From NCBI GenBank assembly GCA_028534125.1, contig CM052817.1, positions 77,874,001-77,938,000 on the forward strand: a DNA stretch of 64,000 nt, written 5' to 3'. This document shows positions 14,161 to 27,600 of the stretch, one piece after another. The position numbers and the translations under genes are program-made. The notes beneath the pieces are model-generated. The model made no database searches. It was not told where the DNA came from and was given only the letters and a program-made list of their open reading frames with translations. Each line of letters opens with the position of its first letter. Positions within the stretch are counted from its first letter, which is position 1. This stretch comes from Lama glama. Lineage: Eukaryota.

Positions 14161-14486
14161 CAGTCATTCTTCAGTATTTGTGGGGAATTGATTCCAGGAC
14201 CCCCTGTGGATACTAAAGTCCATGGATGCTCGAGTCCCATATGTAAAATGGCACTATATTTGTATATAACCCATGTACCTCCTCCCGTACACTTTACATT
14301 ATCTATAGGTTACTTATAATACCTAATACAATGTAAATGCTATGTACATAATTGCTGGTTCTCAGCAAATTCAAGCTTTGCTTTTTGGAACTTTCCGGAA
14401 TTTTTTTTAGGGGGGCAATACTTTTGATCTTCAGTTGGTTGACTCTGTGGATGTGGAACTTGTGGATATGGATAGAGGGACGACTG
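14161..14486. mobile_element. MER2-like TcMar-Tigger MITE
   Basis: ta|cagtc...gactg termini; internal gattccaggaccccctgtggatactaaagtccatggatgctcgagtccc and tacttataatacctaatacaatgtaaatgctatg. Confidence 0.85.
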
Positions 14487-14844
14487 TGCTAGCTTATATG
14501 TATATAGACTATTCATCCTTCCATTCAAAGGAGAGGTCTCATACCACAGTAGAAAATCATGCTACTGGTAATTGATCAGTCTTTTTCATCATGCATATGC
14601 ATGAAAAAAAACCCAAGAAAATTTAGAAGAAACCAACAGCAAAAATGAGAAGGTTCAGGTGGAAAAGATGTAACTGTTGACTACTAAAGAAAACAGTTAA
14701 AAGGAAAAAAGCTGATTAAAAAATAAAAACCCTAACACCTTCAGAGTTAAGAAGCTAAGTAAAGAATAGGTGGCTATGAAACAAGAGCAAACAAAGAAGA
14801 AAGATTTCTTGGAAATTACAAGTATCATTAGTTAAATGAATAAT

Positions 14845-15344
14845 NNNNNNNNNNNNNNNNNNNNNNNNNNNNNNNNNNNNNNNNNNNNNNNNNNNNNNNN
14901 NNNNNNNNNNNNNNNNNNNNNNNNNNNNNNNNNNNNNNNNNNNNNNNNNNNNNNNNNNNNNNNNNNNNNNNNNNNNNNNNNNNNNNNNNNNNNNNNNNNN
15001 NNNNNNNNNNNNNNNNNNNNNNNNNNNNNNNNNNNNNNNNNNNNNNNNNNNNNNNNNNNNNNNNNNNNNNNNNNNNNNNNNNNNNNNNNNNNNNNNNNNN
15101 NNNNNNNNNNNNNNNNNNNNNNNNNNNNNNNNNNNNNNNNNNNNNNNNNNNNNNNNNNNNNNNNNNNNNNNNNNNNNNNNNNNNNNNNNNNNNNNNNNNN
15201 NNNNNNNNNNNNNNNNNNNNNNNNNNNNNNNNNNNNNNNNNNNNNNNNNNNNNNNNNNNNNNNNNNNNNNNNNNNNNNNNNNNNNNNNNNNNNNNNNNNN
15301 NNNNNNNNNNNNNNNNNNNNNNNNNNNNNNNNNNNNNNNNNNNN
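14845..15344. other. Assembly gap (500 N)
   Basis: Run of N. Confidence 1.
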
Positions 15345-15908
15345 CATTTTACCCTTCCTCCAGCCCCTTTCTCCTTGCTAACCACCGATCTGTTCTCTGA
15401 ATCAGTGAGTTTGTTTCTGTTTTATTTGTTTTGTTTTCCAGATTCCACTTAAAGCAAAATTATATGATATTTGTCTTTCTTCATCTGACCTATTTCACTT
15501 AGCAGAATACCCTCACAGTCTATCCAGGTTGTCACAAATGGCAAGATTTCCTTCTTTTATGGCTATATATTATTCTGTTGTGTGTGTATGTGTACCTGTA
15601 TGTGTGTGTGTGTGTATATACACATACAGACCTACACACCACATTTCCTTATCCTAACATTCATCACTGTTCATTTAGGTTGTTTCTGTATCTTGTCTGT
15701 ATATCTTGGCTGTGGTAATAATGCTGCGATGAATGGAGGGGTGTGTACATCTTTTCAAATTAGTGTTTTTATTTTCTTTGGATAAATACCCAGAAGTAGA
15801 ATTGCTGGATCATTTAGCAGTTTAAGTATTTTGAGGAATCTCTATACTGTTTTCCATTGTTTCCAAAGGAACCAGTTTACATTCCCACCAACAGTGTACA
15901 AGAGTTGT
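15345..15908 (-). mobile_element. L1MA-type 3' end, truncated by the gap
   Basis: tttcacttagcagaataccctc...gttgtcacaaatggcaagattt...ggataaatacccagaagtagaattgctggatcat...tttacattcccaccaacagtgtacaagagtt. Confidence 0.85.
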
Positions 15909-18089
15909 CTTGACTCTTTGGTATTTACTGTGATCCTAGTGTTTAAAAAAAATTAAAAAAAATTTTTTTTTTTAATTTGGACTCTGCTCACCTACTGCCT
16001 AGCTGGGTCCAACTCAACCTGCCTAGGTAGGGAGGAAGAGTTTATAGAAGAGTGATGACAATTACTATTATCAGAATAATAAAACACTGCATATTATTAA
16101 GTTAGAACATAGTGCTGAGAGAGTAGAGTGATGGTCATTACTCCATTCCTTATGCTTTCCTGGAGAAGAGTCTACTTCACCCCTAGGAGAACTTGGAGGA
16201 ATTTGAGAGTAGAGGTTTTCTGTAGATCACAATCTTATAGGAGACAACAGACATGAGAAAATGAAGAAACCAGAATATCTAAATTTTCTAAGGCAATAAT
16301 GTCACAAATGTCGCTCTCTGAGAGAAAGTAGGCAATATATATGGGAAGGTCTCCACAAGCATCAGTCAAACAAAACAAAACAAGAAAAAATACAAAGAAA
16401 TACACATACATAATAAACATGTAGAAGCACAACTGTTGGGCAGTTTCTGCTCAGTGAGTACAGTTCCCAGGCTGTGGACTCGACGCTGGTGTGGCTGGCT
16501 GGCCTGCCCTGGGATTGAAACCTGGCTGTTCTCAGGCCTTCACTGTCTCCAACACCAGTACCATCAAATTATCTGCCGTGCTCTTTGGCTGACAGTAGCA
16601 GTGATGAACGACACTATACCATTCACTTAATTTGGGCACCATGATTTTGCTTGATAACTTCTGTAGTAGAGCTGCAGTTTCTTTTTTGGCTGCTGACCTC
16701 TTGGAGAGTGGAGCTAACTAGAGATTTGAATTAACTTTGGAGAGGCTGGAGAAACTCCATCCATTCTTGTGAAAGACAGCCTGAAACAGCTGCCGATCTA
16801 AGGGCCTAGACACCTGAGTAACACCCTCTGGCTGAGACTGAGCCAATGGTATAAAATTGGAAATGAAGGCATTTGGACTCTAATTTCTGTGGGCTTTTTT
16901 TTTTTTTTTTGTATGGGGATTTAGTTGTGAGGAAGTTGAATAATAAGAAGAGTTTCCTAATGTTCAAATTTGGGACATTTTTATGTTGTTGATCCAGTCT
17001 TTGGATTCATTTCATAAAGTCTGGTGAACCATGTTGGATAACATGACTGGACGTAATTAGTGGTAGAAAATAGGACAGGGAGTGAATTTTGGGCTTAGGC
17101 TGCTGCGTGGAATCCTGCCCGACTCATGTTGCTGGAGTCTTTTGTGGGCAAAAAGTGAAGTGCCTACCAGCAGTTCCAGAGGGACACTGTGCAGAAGGCA
17201 GCAGAGTGCAGGGTGGTGAGGGCACGGCCGCGCCATGCGCAGGCAGCCTGCCCTGCCGAGGGCCGGCCCACCCTGGCTTACTCTGACTCTCTTAAGCGCA
17301 GTGGTGTGACATCGTTTCCTAACCTCCCTTCACATGCGTGCTGCCTTCCTGATTCTTCTTTATGTGCATATCACTCGTACTAATACTGATTTATTTTTAT
17401 TTAAGTATTGTGTATACTTTAAAAATCTTTAGCTCATGATGTGCTAAAATGTGTTATATAGAGGAACCCTTCCTGAGGCTTACAGGAGCTCAGGTATAGT
17501 GCTTTCTGGTTCTGTCCTGGGTGTTCAGGGTGCAGGGCTTCTTACTCCCACGCTGGAGCTGGGCTTGAGTGAGGAAGACTGAAGTTGTCTGTTCCACCAT
17601 TCATTTGTGGAGAAGTAGTAATGAACCTATTTCTGCTTTAGGTGTAAGCCTCATTCTCCTACCCAGCTTTACTAGGGAACCCTGTAATTTGGTTGATAAT
17701 ATATACATTTCAGCCTCTTTCTGTCTTCTGTGTCTATTTCTCAAACTGGTTAAAATCCGTGAAATTTCTACTTCATTCCAACAGCCCAAATTCCAACACA
17801 GCATTTAGTTAGAGAAACAAGTGAAAGAATGAGAAAAGAAAATGCTAATAGAAGAAAATGAATGCTTCTGTTATATAGCAAAATACTCTTTGTTTATAAA
17901 CATTTATAATAGCTTATTAAGAAAAAATGTCTTTTAAAAAGTTGATTTAACTTGATATTCAAATACCGTGGCTACGAGTTCTCACTTCCCTAGCTTGGGT
18001 CTTGGTTCATGTGGTATTGTAGTCTCCTAGGCTGAGTCTGCACCCTGGAGTGGGGGGCCCTTCCCTGTTCCCTAGTCTCTGAGACACGA

Positions 18090-18262
18090 TGAGATATAGT
18101 AGAAAGAATATTGGCTTCTGAGTCGGGCCTGGAAATGTACTCTGGATGCTTGAAGTTGGGCAAGTTACTTAACCTTCCTGAATCTCAGTTTTTACAAGTG
18201 GAAAATAGGGATGGTAACACTCATAGGGTTGTTGTGAGGCTTGAGACAATGCATGTGACATA
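18090..18262 (+). mobile_element. MIR SINE
   Basis: ttgggcaagttacttaaccttcctgaatctcagttt...ctcatagggttgttgtgagg. Confidence 0.8.
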
Positions 18263-20741
18263 CTAATTTGATCCCTGATAACCCCTCCCACCCTGCCGCC
18301 CACAAATTGAGCTAAAGATAATCTATGAAGGATTCTTTCTCCCTACTCAGTGTTTCTTTTTGGTTATCCTCTGTGACTCTGGGCATCAGCATTGTTTTTC
18401 ATTTTTTCATCTTGGATCCGGTCCTTCTTTTTCCACACTCTTCTCCCTTCATGGCCTGGAATTGAGGTTTGGGGGCTGCTACTTACTCTAGAGGACTGGT
18501 CACCTGGGACTCAGACTTCATTTTCTTTGCTTCCCAGCTCTTTCCATGTCCCATCACCAGTTCCAAGACCACAGGCTGTAGCCTAAGTCTCCCACTTTCC
18601 CACCAACCCCAGCCACTATTTACCTAGGAACCAGGCTGAACAGGTGTATAGCACCCAACTGGTAGCTGATCATTTCCTTTCTTAAACCTGGAAGCTGTGA
18701 ACTGGTTTTCACAGAGCCATACTGACTATTACGATTGAGTACAGTGATCCAAGAACTGTATTTGAGACATGACATATTTTGGACATCACTGACTCAATCT
18801 TTAAAACCACTAATTTCTGCACTTGGACAGTGAGGCTTGCCATTCAGAAAGAAATCATATTCATGTCTAGGTATCCATTCGACATGTCCATATCTAGGTA
18901 GTTTTTAAAGACATTTAAGATCTTTCCCTTGCATGGAAATGGAATATGGGTGGCCTGCTTATGCTCAGAGACCTTTTTCAGCACAGATAAAATTCCAAGA
19001 CAAAAAAGATTTTGATCTGATGTAAGTTCCTTTGTGCTTAGTAAAATGGTGCAGATAAACATAGAAGAAAATGGACTTTACACAAATAAGTGGAACTAAA
19101 CTATGTTTCTCTAGTGTAAAAATAGATCAAATGGTAGGAAGACAAAAATAGGTGAAGTGGTAACATAAACTGACTTGTGTAATCAGAGGGTCAACTCTAA
19201 CATTTTTCTCTCTAGGTCTTTTCTAATGGTTTTGTTGCTAGGGCTACAATGTTTTTGCCAGATTGGAACAGGATTGTCAACTCTAATGGAGATTAAGTAG
19301 CTTTCCCAGCTAGATTTAAAAAAAAAAATAAGCATTGTTTAATACTGCTAGCTTTCAAAGCCATATTCATGAGGAATGGAAAGATCACTTAAGATTTGTT
19401 TTTGAAAATGTAACTGTTAAATTTGAAAGTTAGTAGACAGGTTTTATTCCACAGTCATTCCAACACAGACACTTATCATGGTTACACTGAACAAAATAAC
19501 CTGAAATATAATTTCACACACTGGATTAAAAAATGAGAAATTATTATTTACAAGTAAAGTCAAAATTAATTCCCCAAGGAGTAACTAAGGTTGCTAAATG
19601 AGTAAGTCTTCTGATTAGTTGGAAAACTGTTTCACAACTGCTTGAAAAGTCACACCTGATTTATTCTTTAAATAATATAGATAAGATATAGGATAAAGTC
19701 TTGTCTTTTGATTCCTTCCATTCATTGGTCAAAGTTGTCTGAGGAAAGTGTGAATACAAACTCACCCAATGAAATTCAAAGCACAGTAAAGGAAAACTAA
19801 TTTGTTTTGGATACTCAATTGCTAAAAGGATGTAAAAGGTAAAAACCATTACAAAAAGGGTAAAGAAACATTCCCTTTAACATGCTAGTTGTAGAGTCAG
19901 GTGAGCTTCATTGGCCACGGAAAAAAGAGACCATCTAAACTTTAAAAAACAGTGCAATTTGCATCTCCATTGTCCCCACAATTTAGCTTGTGCAAGATAG
20001 CATGAGAATTAAATGAAATTCTTCATGTAAAGTGCCTAGCAAATGGCAGATGCTGTGTTTTTTCCCGATATATTTATATTTTTGTAGCCAGAAATCCCAA
20101 TGTTAACTTCTGGTTAAAAAAAAAGCTCAATATTATATTCTTTAGAGTCAAAAGAAATTCACCTTAAGTATCACAGCATTGGTGACACCTGGTGGAAAAT
20201 ATAAGCATTACAATGTAGTATTAATATAGCTATTCTAATTTTTCATGTATAATAAAATTAAGATAAAACTTACAGAGTAAGCAATTAAATAGAAACAGAA
20301 GGTAAAGAAAAAAATTAAATGTCAAGGTGGACACCTATCTAATGACAACAATTTGAGTTCATATTCTAAAATATATGAGGTTAATGAACCTAAGAAACGA
20401 ATGCATCCTAATAATAAAAATTTTTATTCAGTATACGTATTTATATAGTGATTAAAAATAGAGGTTTAGAGCCTTTATGCTATATACTAAGTCTTTTTGT
20501 GTATCATGTGCCAAAGAACCTTCCTCCCCAAGTTTTCAGATCAGAATTCACTGTGGGGTTTCCTGAGGAGTACCTCAAAGAAATAGCCAGGTGCGTTTCA
20601 GAGAATCATTCCTTTTGAGGTATTATGGATGGAGACAACAAATGATGTTTTTAATGTAAGTCATAAATGTCACAAAATCAATTGCTGTGAGCCAGGGAGG
20701 GGTTTGAATATTTGTGAACTAGAGAGCAGACAGATCTATTA

Positions 20742-20945
20742 CAGGGTCAGCAAACTACAACCCATGGGCCAAATATAGCCTGCCATCTGGTGTTTTATAT
20801 TGGAACACAGCCATGATCATTTGTTTACCTATTGTCTAAGGCTGCTTTCAAGCAACAAGGACTGACTCAAGTAGGTGTAAGAGACTGTATGGCTACAAAG
20901 CCTAAACTATCATCTGGCCCTTTACAGGAAGCTTACCAACCCCTG
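20742..20945. mobile_element. MER58A-like hAT-Charlie MITE
   Basis: Termini cagggtcagcaaact...agcttaccaacccctg; degenerate 8-bp target-site duplication atctatta / gtctattg. Confidence 0.85.
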
Positions 20946-23332
20946 GTCTATTGGATCCTTGCATCAGATTTGTCACGCCTCTTCTCCCATCTCCTTGGGA
21001 AGAGTAGACGTCCCTTCTCCATTGAAGTTAGGCTTAGCTGTAAGACTTGCCTTGGTCACTGAAATGTGGGAAAAGTGTTAGTGAAAGTTCTGAAGCTGCA
21101 CCATAAGAATTCTGGCTAGCCATTGTCCCTTCAGTGGTACAATGACATGTGACCTTCAGGCTTAGGTGAGAATGGGACAAGCACCCCAGCTGACCTGCAG
21201 GCCTGAAGGAGAAAAGAATGCTTATTGTTGATATTTTATGGTTGTTTGCTTTGCAACAAAAGCCAACTAATACATGACATTGCTGTAACTCTCTGTAAAC
21301 ATTCCCACAGAGGCTTGACTTCTCTGTCCAATTGATGGTACTGGGAGAAGGATCCTGAAGACCAGATGTGGCTCAGTCCCCCTGGGGCTCTATTTCAGAC
21401 CTCAGTGGGCTCGACAGGAACCTGTTTTCATTCCTCTACCTATTGTAAGCAAAACTGAGTCAAAGCCCAGGCCAGGTCTAGAGGCCCACCAGACTCTCTT
21501 GGGATCTTCCATTCTCTATGCTTAACATGGTGTGCAAGTCAGTCATGATTCTTTCATCTGTTGGTTTAAATATTTTCCTCCTAAGGTGAGCCTCAAGGTA
21601 CAGAAAGAGCGTGGGATAAGTCTAGTTGCAACCACAGGCCAAAACTTTTCCTATCAAGCTTTATCAATAAAGGTCATAGCTTGGCTCCTACTCAACTTCG
21701 ATACATATATTTCTGAATTGATATATAATCTGTAAGAGATAAAAAAGATCACAACTAGCTCCTCAGAAACCTCGTAAGATTAAATAGTAGCATGCAAATG
21801 GTGTAGGAAATCTAATTTAACCATGTTAACAATGTTGGCTGAGATGAAACGAGCAAAATATTTAAATATGCAATTTCACAGAATTCTTAGTCTTACATCT
21901 CAGCTTGTTAAAATACAGACAAGAGCTTTTCATTGTCACTTTTTTTGAAACCTTCAGTCTGAGTCATTTGTATAGATCACTGGGTAACCAGGGGTCCATT
22001 TATTACATGGAGATATGCATAGTTCACAGATTTGCCAGAGAATCTTTGGAGCTGCTCTAGTTCTCTGGTTTTCAGCCTTCCCTTTCTTTATGTAGCTAAT
22101 ATTCTTCCATTAAATTTTTTCAAAGCCAATTTTTGCTGATTTCAAAAAAGGAAGAGCCTAGCTGATGCAGACCTGATACTACAGAGTAACTATCAGGTAA
22201 CAGATTGAATGGCAGAAGCTTCTATTATTGAGACTAACATTCAAATCCTGGGCTTTAATTTCTGGACACAACTCTTAAAATGGGAGAGAAGTCAGTACCA
22301 TACTAAGTCACAAACTAAAAGTAGTAATATCAGGAACACTAAATTTGTCAAAAACATAAATGACAGAAATTAAATGTTACCAGTAATATATGTTGCTGGT
22401 GAGCTTTTGGTAGGGAAGAACCACATTTTATTACTGCTGGTGTTTAACAAAGGGGCATTCAGTGTTTCCCGAAGCAACCATTGCTTTCTATAAAGATTTT
22501 CAAACATATTTCCTAAAAATAGGATTATAATTTTCAACTGTCTCCATATTTTTATTCAAGTTCTATTTTTGCTTTTCCTTCTTAACGTGTATTTCAAATG
22601 TTTACAGGTTATGAACAGCCAAACATTCAAATGTTTTAATCTTAATGGAGTCTACTGTATACCTCACACTGTTTGGAAACTTAAGACTCTTGTCCATCCC
22701 TAAATCAGTGTGATTTCCATTTCTGCATAGCTACTTTTCTTATTCAAGGAAAAAAAAACTTGTGGGTGGACCTCAGCTAGATAGCTTCAACGACTGTTTA
22801 GGGCATGGGCTTTCCCAAGAGCATTCACCATACCTGTCACCAAACATAGGCACCTACTTGTCTAGCACTAAGAGATGAAAGAATGTAGGACATTGCCCTT
22901 AATTCTTAACAAGCACACAAATGAGTCAAAGAGGTAAGACTATCCAGGTGAAATAACAAAGACAAATACATAATGAAATCAGCCTGTTTGGTAACTTCAT
23001 GGTCCTTCGCCATGTATTTTCCTGTCCTTCCTAAGATTTCAAGTTTCAGAAAGGCCACGATTTTGTTTCATTCATCTTGGCACTTGGCACACAGTATTCT
23101 GCACGGTCATAGATGCTCACTATGTAACTTTTGAATGAATGGATACAGGCTATGTGTATTTACTTAATAGTGAAGGTTAAATGAATATATGTAAAGATCT
23201 TACACTAAGTGCTTACAAGACTTTTTAGAAGTTTGCCTTAAACTGACCTTAGAAAGATAGGTAGGAACTGAAAGAATATACATGATGAGAGAATAAATGA
23301 AGGCACAGGAATAACCCTAGTGTTTAAGTATA

Positions 23333-23537
23333 CATTTGACCCTTAAACAACACGGTTTGAACTGCTCAGGTCTGCTTATTCTTGGATATTTTTCAATAGT
23401 AAATACTCCAGTACTACACCATCTGCGGTGGGTTGAATCCATGGAGTAACTACAGATATGCTGGCTATAGTTTTACTGAGATTTTCAACTGCTTGGAGGG
23501 TCAGTGCTCTAACCCTGCATTGTTCAAGGCTCAACTG
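23333..23537. mobile_element. Tigger2-family MITE
   Basis: Terminal inverted repeats catttgacccttaaacaa... / ...ttgttcaaggctcaactg, with TA on the left flank. Confidence 0.8.
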
Positions 23538-23875
23538 GTGTAAGAAAAATTAGGCTGACAGTAAGGCTAAGAGTATAAAAAGGTTCTACAAGCCAACATT
23601 TGCTAAACTTGAATTAATTCCAAATGATATTTATCATTTTACACAAAGAACAATGTTTGTTTTAAATCTACTCTTATGAGATGAAGGGGGTACATAAAAG
23701 CTTGTCCATTAAATTGAAAGTACCTTAAGACTTAACTTCTGTACCCTTAGTTCCTGAAACATAGCAGGCACAAGAAATAATATGCTGTACTGAATCCACC
23801 ATAACTATTTAACTGTATCAACACCATACCAAAATAAAAATATCTTAAGACAAACTTAAAACATACACATTTAAC

Positions 23876-23881
23876 TTTATT
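23876..23881 (-). terminator. Probable MAD2L1 poly(A) signal AATAAA (3'UTR about 650 nt)
   Basis: Plus-strand tttatt at 23876-23881; on the minus strand it is followed by U/GU-rich sequence (TGTGTATGTTTT...TTTTTATTTTGGTATGGTGTTG). Confidence 0.7.
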
Positions 23882-24517
23882 TTGTATTTGTCATTTAAAT
23901 CTTGATTTTATAAAACATAAAAAGACATTTTTAAGAATGGAATTTAAACAGTAGAAATATCCAGGGCTTTACAGGTTCAAGTTATATAAATTAAAATCAA
24001 ATAATTGGAAAAAATTTCAATATGGAAACTATACAAATGAAATAAATGGCAAAAGGACCTAATAGAAGCAATATTTAATTACTATGGACTATCAGTTACT
24101 TTCAGACCTAAACAAAGATTCTGAATATTCATATTTCTTTTGCTGTATTTTATATTTAAATATTTCTCTATTTTCTGAGTCAAGATGCTTGATGAAACAG
24201 TCTGATTTAGGAAGGGATTTAGCTTTATAGCAAAAGTTTTTCCATCTACAGTTACCACCTCCAAAGGAACTGACATAACAATACTGATGTAATCTGCTAG
24301 TTCCCTTTTGAACAGTATGCAGTAACTTTTGTCAATCCTATGGAAAGTCAAACAGGTACCAAAAAAGGAACAGTTATGCAGATTCAGTAAAGTATAATGT
24401 TAAGTCTTCCCCATCTAAAAATTAACCAATGAAATAAAACATATCAACTATAGTTGATCAGGTTCCAGGAAAACCACATTTGAGAATTTTAAGTACATTA
24501 TTTTCCTTATCTCAGAC

Positions 24518-24690
24518 TCAGTCATTGACAGGAATTTTGTAAGCTACCATGCTGTTTACTTTGTGAATTGTGGTAGTAAATGAACGAAGACGAACTTCCT
24601 CAGAATTGGTAATGAATTGTGGTCCCGACTCTTCCCATTTTTCAGGTACAACCAAATCTTTGTCTGTATAAATTAGGAGATCAAATGAAC
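24518..24690 (-). CDS. MAD2L1: MAD2L1 exon 5, coding part (SFDLLIYTDKDLVVPEKWEESGPQ...KIPVND*)
   Basis: Acceptor TTCCCAATTTAG|; TGA at 24520-24518; 173 nt; matches the tail of ORF 24518..24721. Confidence 0.98.
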
Positions 24691-27600
24691 CTAAATTGGG
24701 AATAAAATCATTAAAGTACATTATTTTTTCAAAAATAAAACTACCCTCCCTGTCTCATACTTCGAACCATCCAGTGTGTTAGAAAAGAGTTCAGCCTGGT
24801 CTCTTAATAGTTAACTGCTTTTTCTCAATGGAAATTTACTGCAGTACTGTAAGTATTGCACTCCTTTCACTTTATCTTATGAAAAATTCAAGTTTCTTTT
24901 TTTCTTTAAAGAGTAAACCATTAAAAATATTTGTAGGAAGTGTATAATCAATTACGTGGCATATCAAGAATGTAACCTAAGGAAAGCTAACATCTTGGTT
25001 CTGTGACTGATGTATCCTAGTGCCTAGAACAATGTGTGGCATATAGTAGGTATTCAGGAAATACCTGATGACTGAAGCAGTAACAAAGATAGAAAGGCAA
25101 GACATAATTATAGCTTTAGTCTTAAATATATACATAAAACTGTAAAAAATTAAAATAATGAAAGGAATTACATCAAAACAATCAAGAGTGAGTATTGTGG
25201 AATAATTTTATTCCTTTCTTTTTCAGCATTTGCAAATTTTCTAGAATGTACATAACTTACTTTTGCTTTATAATTCTTTTCTCATTTTTATTACATGATA
25301 TTGATAATTAAGAAAAAATTTAATAAAGGGATAATTCTTAAAATAGTAACTTAGTTTTTTTCCCAATAAATTGAAGTCAACGTGAAGTTGTGTAGTACTT
25401 ACAAGAGACTTCCAACAGTGGCAGAAATGTCACTGTAGCTGTGATCTGTCTGATCACTGAACGGATTTCATCTTGGATAGCTTTCTGAGATTTTTCTCTG
25501 GGTGCACTATCAAAGAAGCCAAATGAATTAATTTATTTTAAGTTTTAACAAGTTTTTAAAATTTTGGTAAGATTATCTGATTAAATGCTTCTAAAATCAA
25601 TTAAGTAACGCATTAAAAAGGAATTAAAAAAAAGTATAAGTATATCCTAAGGACCTTTAACACAATAGGCATAATATGTGTTTTTATTATTTCATTTATT
25701 CTTCTAATCATATTTTAGGGTTGATCTTAGTATTAGGCCATTCTGTATCAGATGACCAGAAAAATCTTCCAAATGCTCCAAGTCAGGAAAACATCAGGAA
25801 CTCTTAAAAAATAAAAATAATAAGTAGTATCTAAAATATTTAATTGTTATAAATATTCTGGCATTTTTAGTAATGTCTAAATGTCTAGTTCCTTATTCCT
25901 CAAAGATATTAAATTATATATCAGATTATTTTTATATGCTAAAAATTTCCTAAAATTGACCAAAGGCTTCAGAAGCAAACTACATTTCATTATGAGAAAT
26001 GGCTCTGAATTTACAGGGAAGCATGCCTACGATAATGCTAGACATTAGCATATAATGATGGGCATTTCCCACTTACATCATCTGGAAACTTCAGAGTTTA
26101 TGAACGGTCTTAGGAAACTTGTAGCATTAAATGAAATACAGTAGAGCTGCGTCTTAAACTGGGAGAGTCTAATAATCCCTTATGGTTAAAAGTACTTTTT
26201 AAAAATAATTTCTTTTATGAATTACCAGTTAAAAATTAACAATTTTAATGAATTAACAATTCATTAAATGGGCCACCTAGTACACTATGTGTAGTTTTGC
26301 ATATACCACCAGAAACACTAGTCTGAAATTCACCAGTTCAGACTAAAGGCAATTATGTTAAAAGTACACTATCTATACAAGCCAGTGATACGCCAAGTGA
26401 GCACAGTTCTTTTCCGTAGGAGACTGAAGATCAAATTAAACATCTTAGGAAAAAGTATACCTTAAATGAAACTTATTCAATATAATTAGAACTCATTTAG
26501 TAAAGAAAACAAGTTTTAGAATAAACATATGAAAGTGGAAATAATTTAATTCATACTTACCTGTCATCTTTTGCAGTCTTGTCACACTCAATATCAAACT
26601 GCCATCTTTCAAGGACCTCACCACTTTCAATATTTGAGATGACTACCACCAGTTTCTGAACTGAACATTTGTATAACCATTCTGCAATACATAACAAGGC
26701 ATCTTTTTTTGGTGCACTGCATTACAAACCAACTTTCTTCTCAGGTCCCCCTCACCACTTTCAGGAAATTTCTACCACTGCTATTTTGGATCTCCTCCAA
26801 ATTGTAGAGAAAACTTGCCCCATCAATGACCTAGCTGCTGCTTTCAAATTCTCAGTATTTGTGCTAGGTATAGTACTGGGTGCTGAGGGCAGGTAGTGAA
26901 TATGTGGTACTTCCATCCCAATCGACGGGAAGAGTGTAGGAGATGGTATTAATCGTTGCACCAATAAACATGAATTATAATTGTGATAACTGCTATGAAG
27001 GTGTGATATATGGTGCTATAAAAGCATAAAATAGGAAAATTTGAGTCACTTAGGGATGGTTTGAATTTAGTCCTAAGAATCAGCAACATTAAATATGCAA
27101 AAGGATAGGAAAGAGGTATATGTCTTAAAGACTCGAAAGGCCAGTACAATGGCAGTTAAGAAAGGGAGAATGAACAAGGCAAGTCTGGCAAGATAAATAG
27201 GGGCTAGACCATGCAAGGCCATGTGGGCCAAATTAAGGAAATTATACTTTAAGAACTAAGGAGGTCATTACTGTGTTTGAAGCAGGGTATGAAGTAATTA
27301 GACTTGTATTTCAAAACTATCATTCTGGATGTGATGTGGGGAGTGAATTGGAGGTAAATAGGGGATGTACAGACACCAATTAATTAGTAATTCAAGCAAG
27401 ACGTAATAAAGGCTTGTAGGAGGATAAACTGGTAGAGATGGAGCAGTAGACAGAGTCAAGAGATTTCATGGTTAAAATTGTTAAGATTTATTGGATTACC
27501 TCTGAGAGTAAAGAAGAATAAATCAGGGCTAAATCCCAAGTTTCTGATTTATATTCTAGTTGGATGGTTGACTCATTCACTGAGAGGAAAGAGAACTGAA

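Noticed and set aside
14828..15385. Long ORFs spanning N runs (also 36147-36768 and 55229-55819)
   Set aside because: Artefacts of the 500-N gaps.
15580..15625. Short (TG)n/(CA)n and (TCAA/TCAG)n tracts (also about 5860-5893, 35893-35953 and 56399-56437)
   Set aside because: Ordinary imperfect microsatellites.
24082..24351. 89-aa ORF in the MAD2L1 3'UTR
   Set aside because: Non-ATG start, AT-rich UTR composition and no recognisable similarity.
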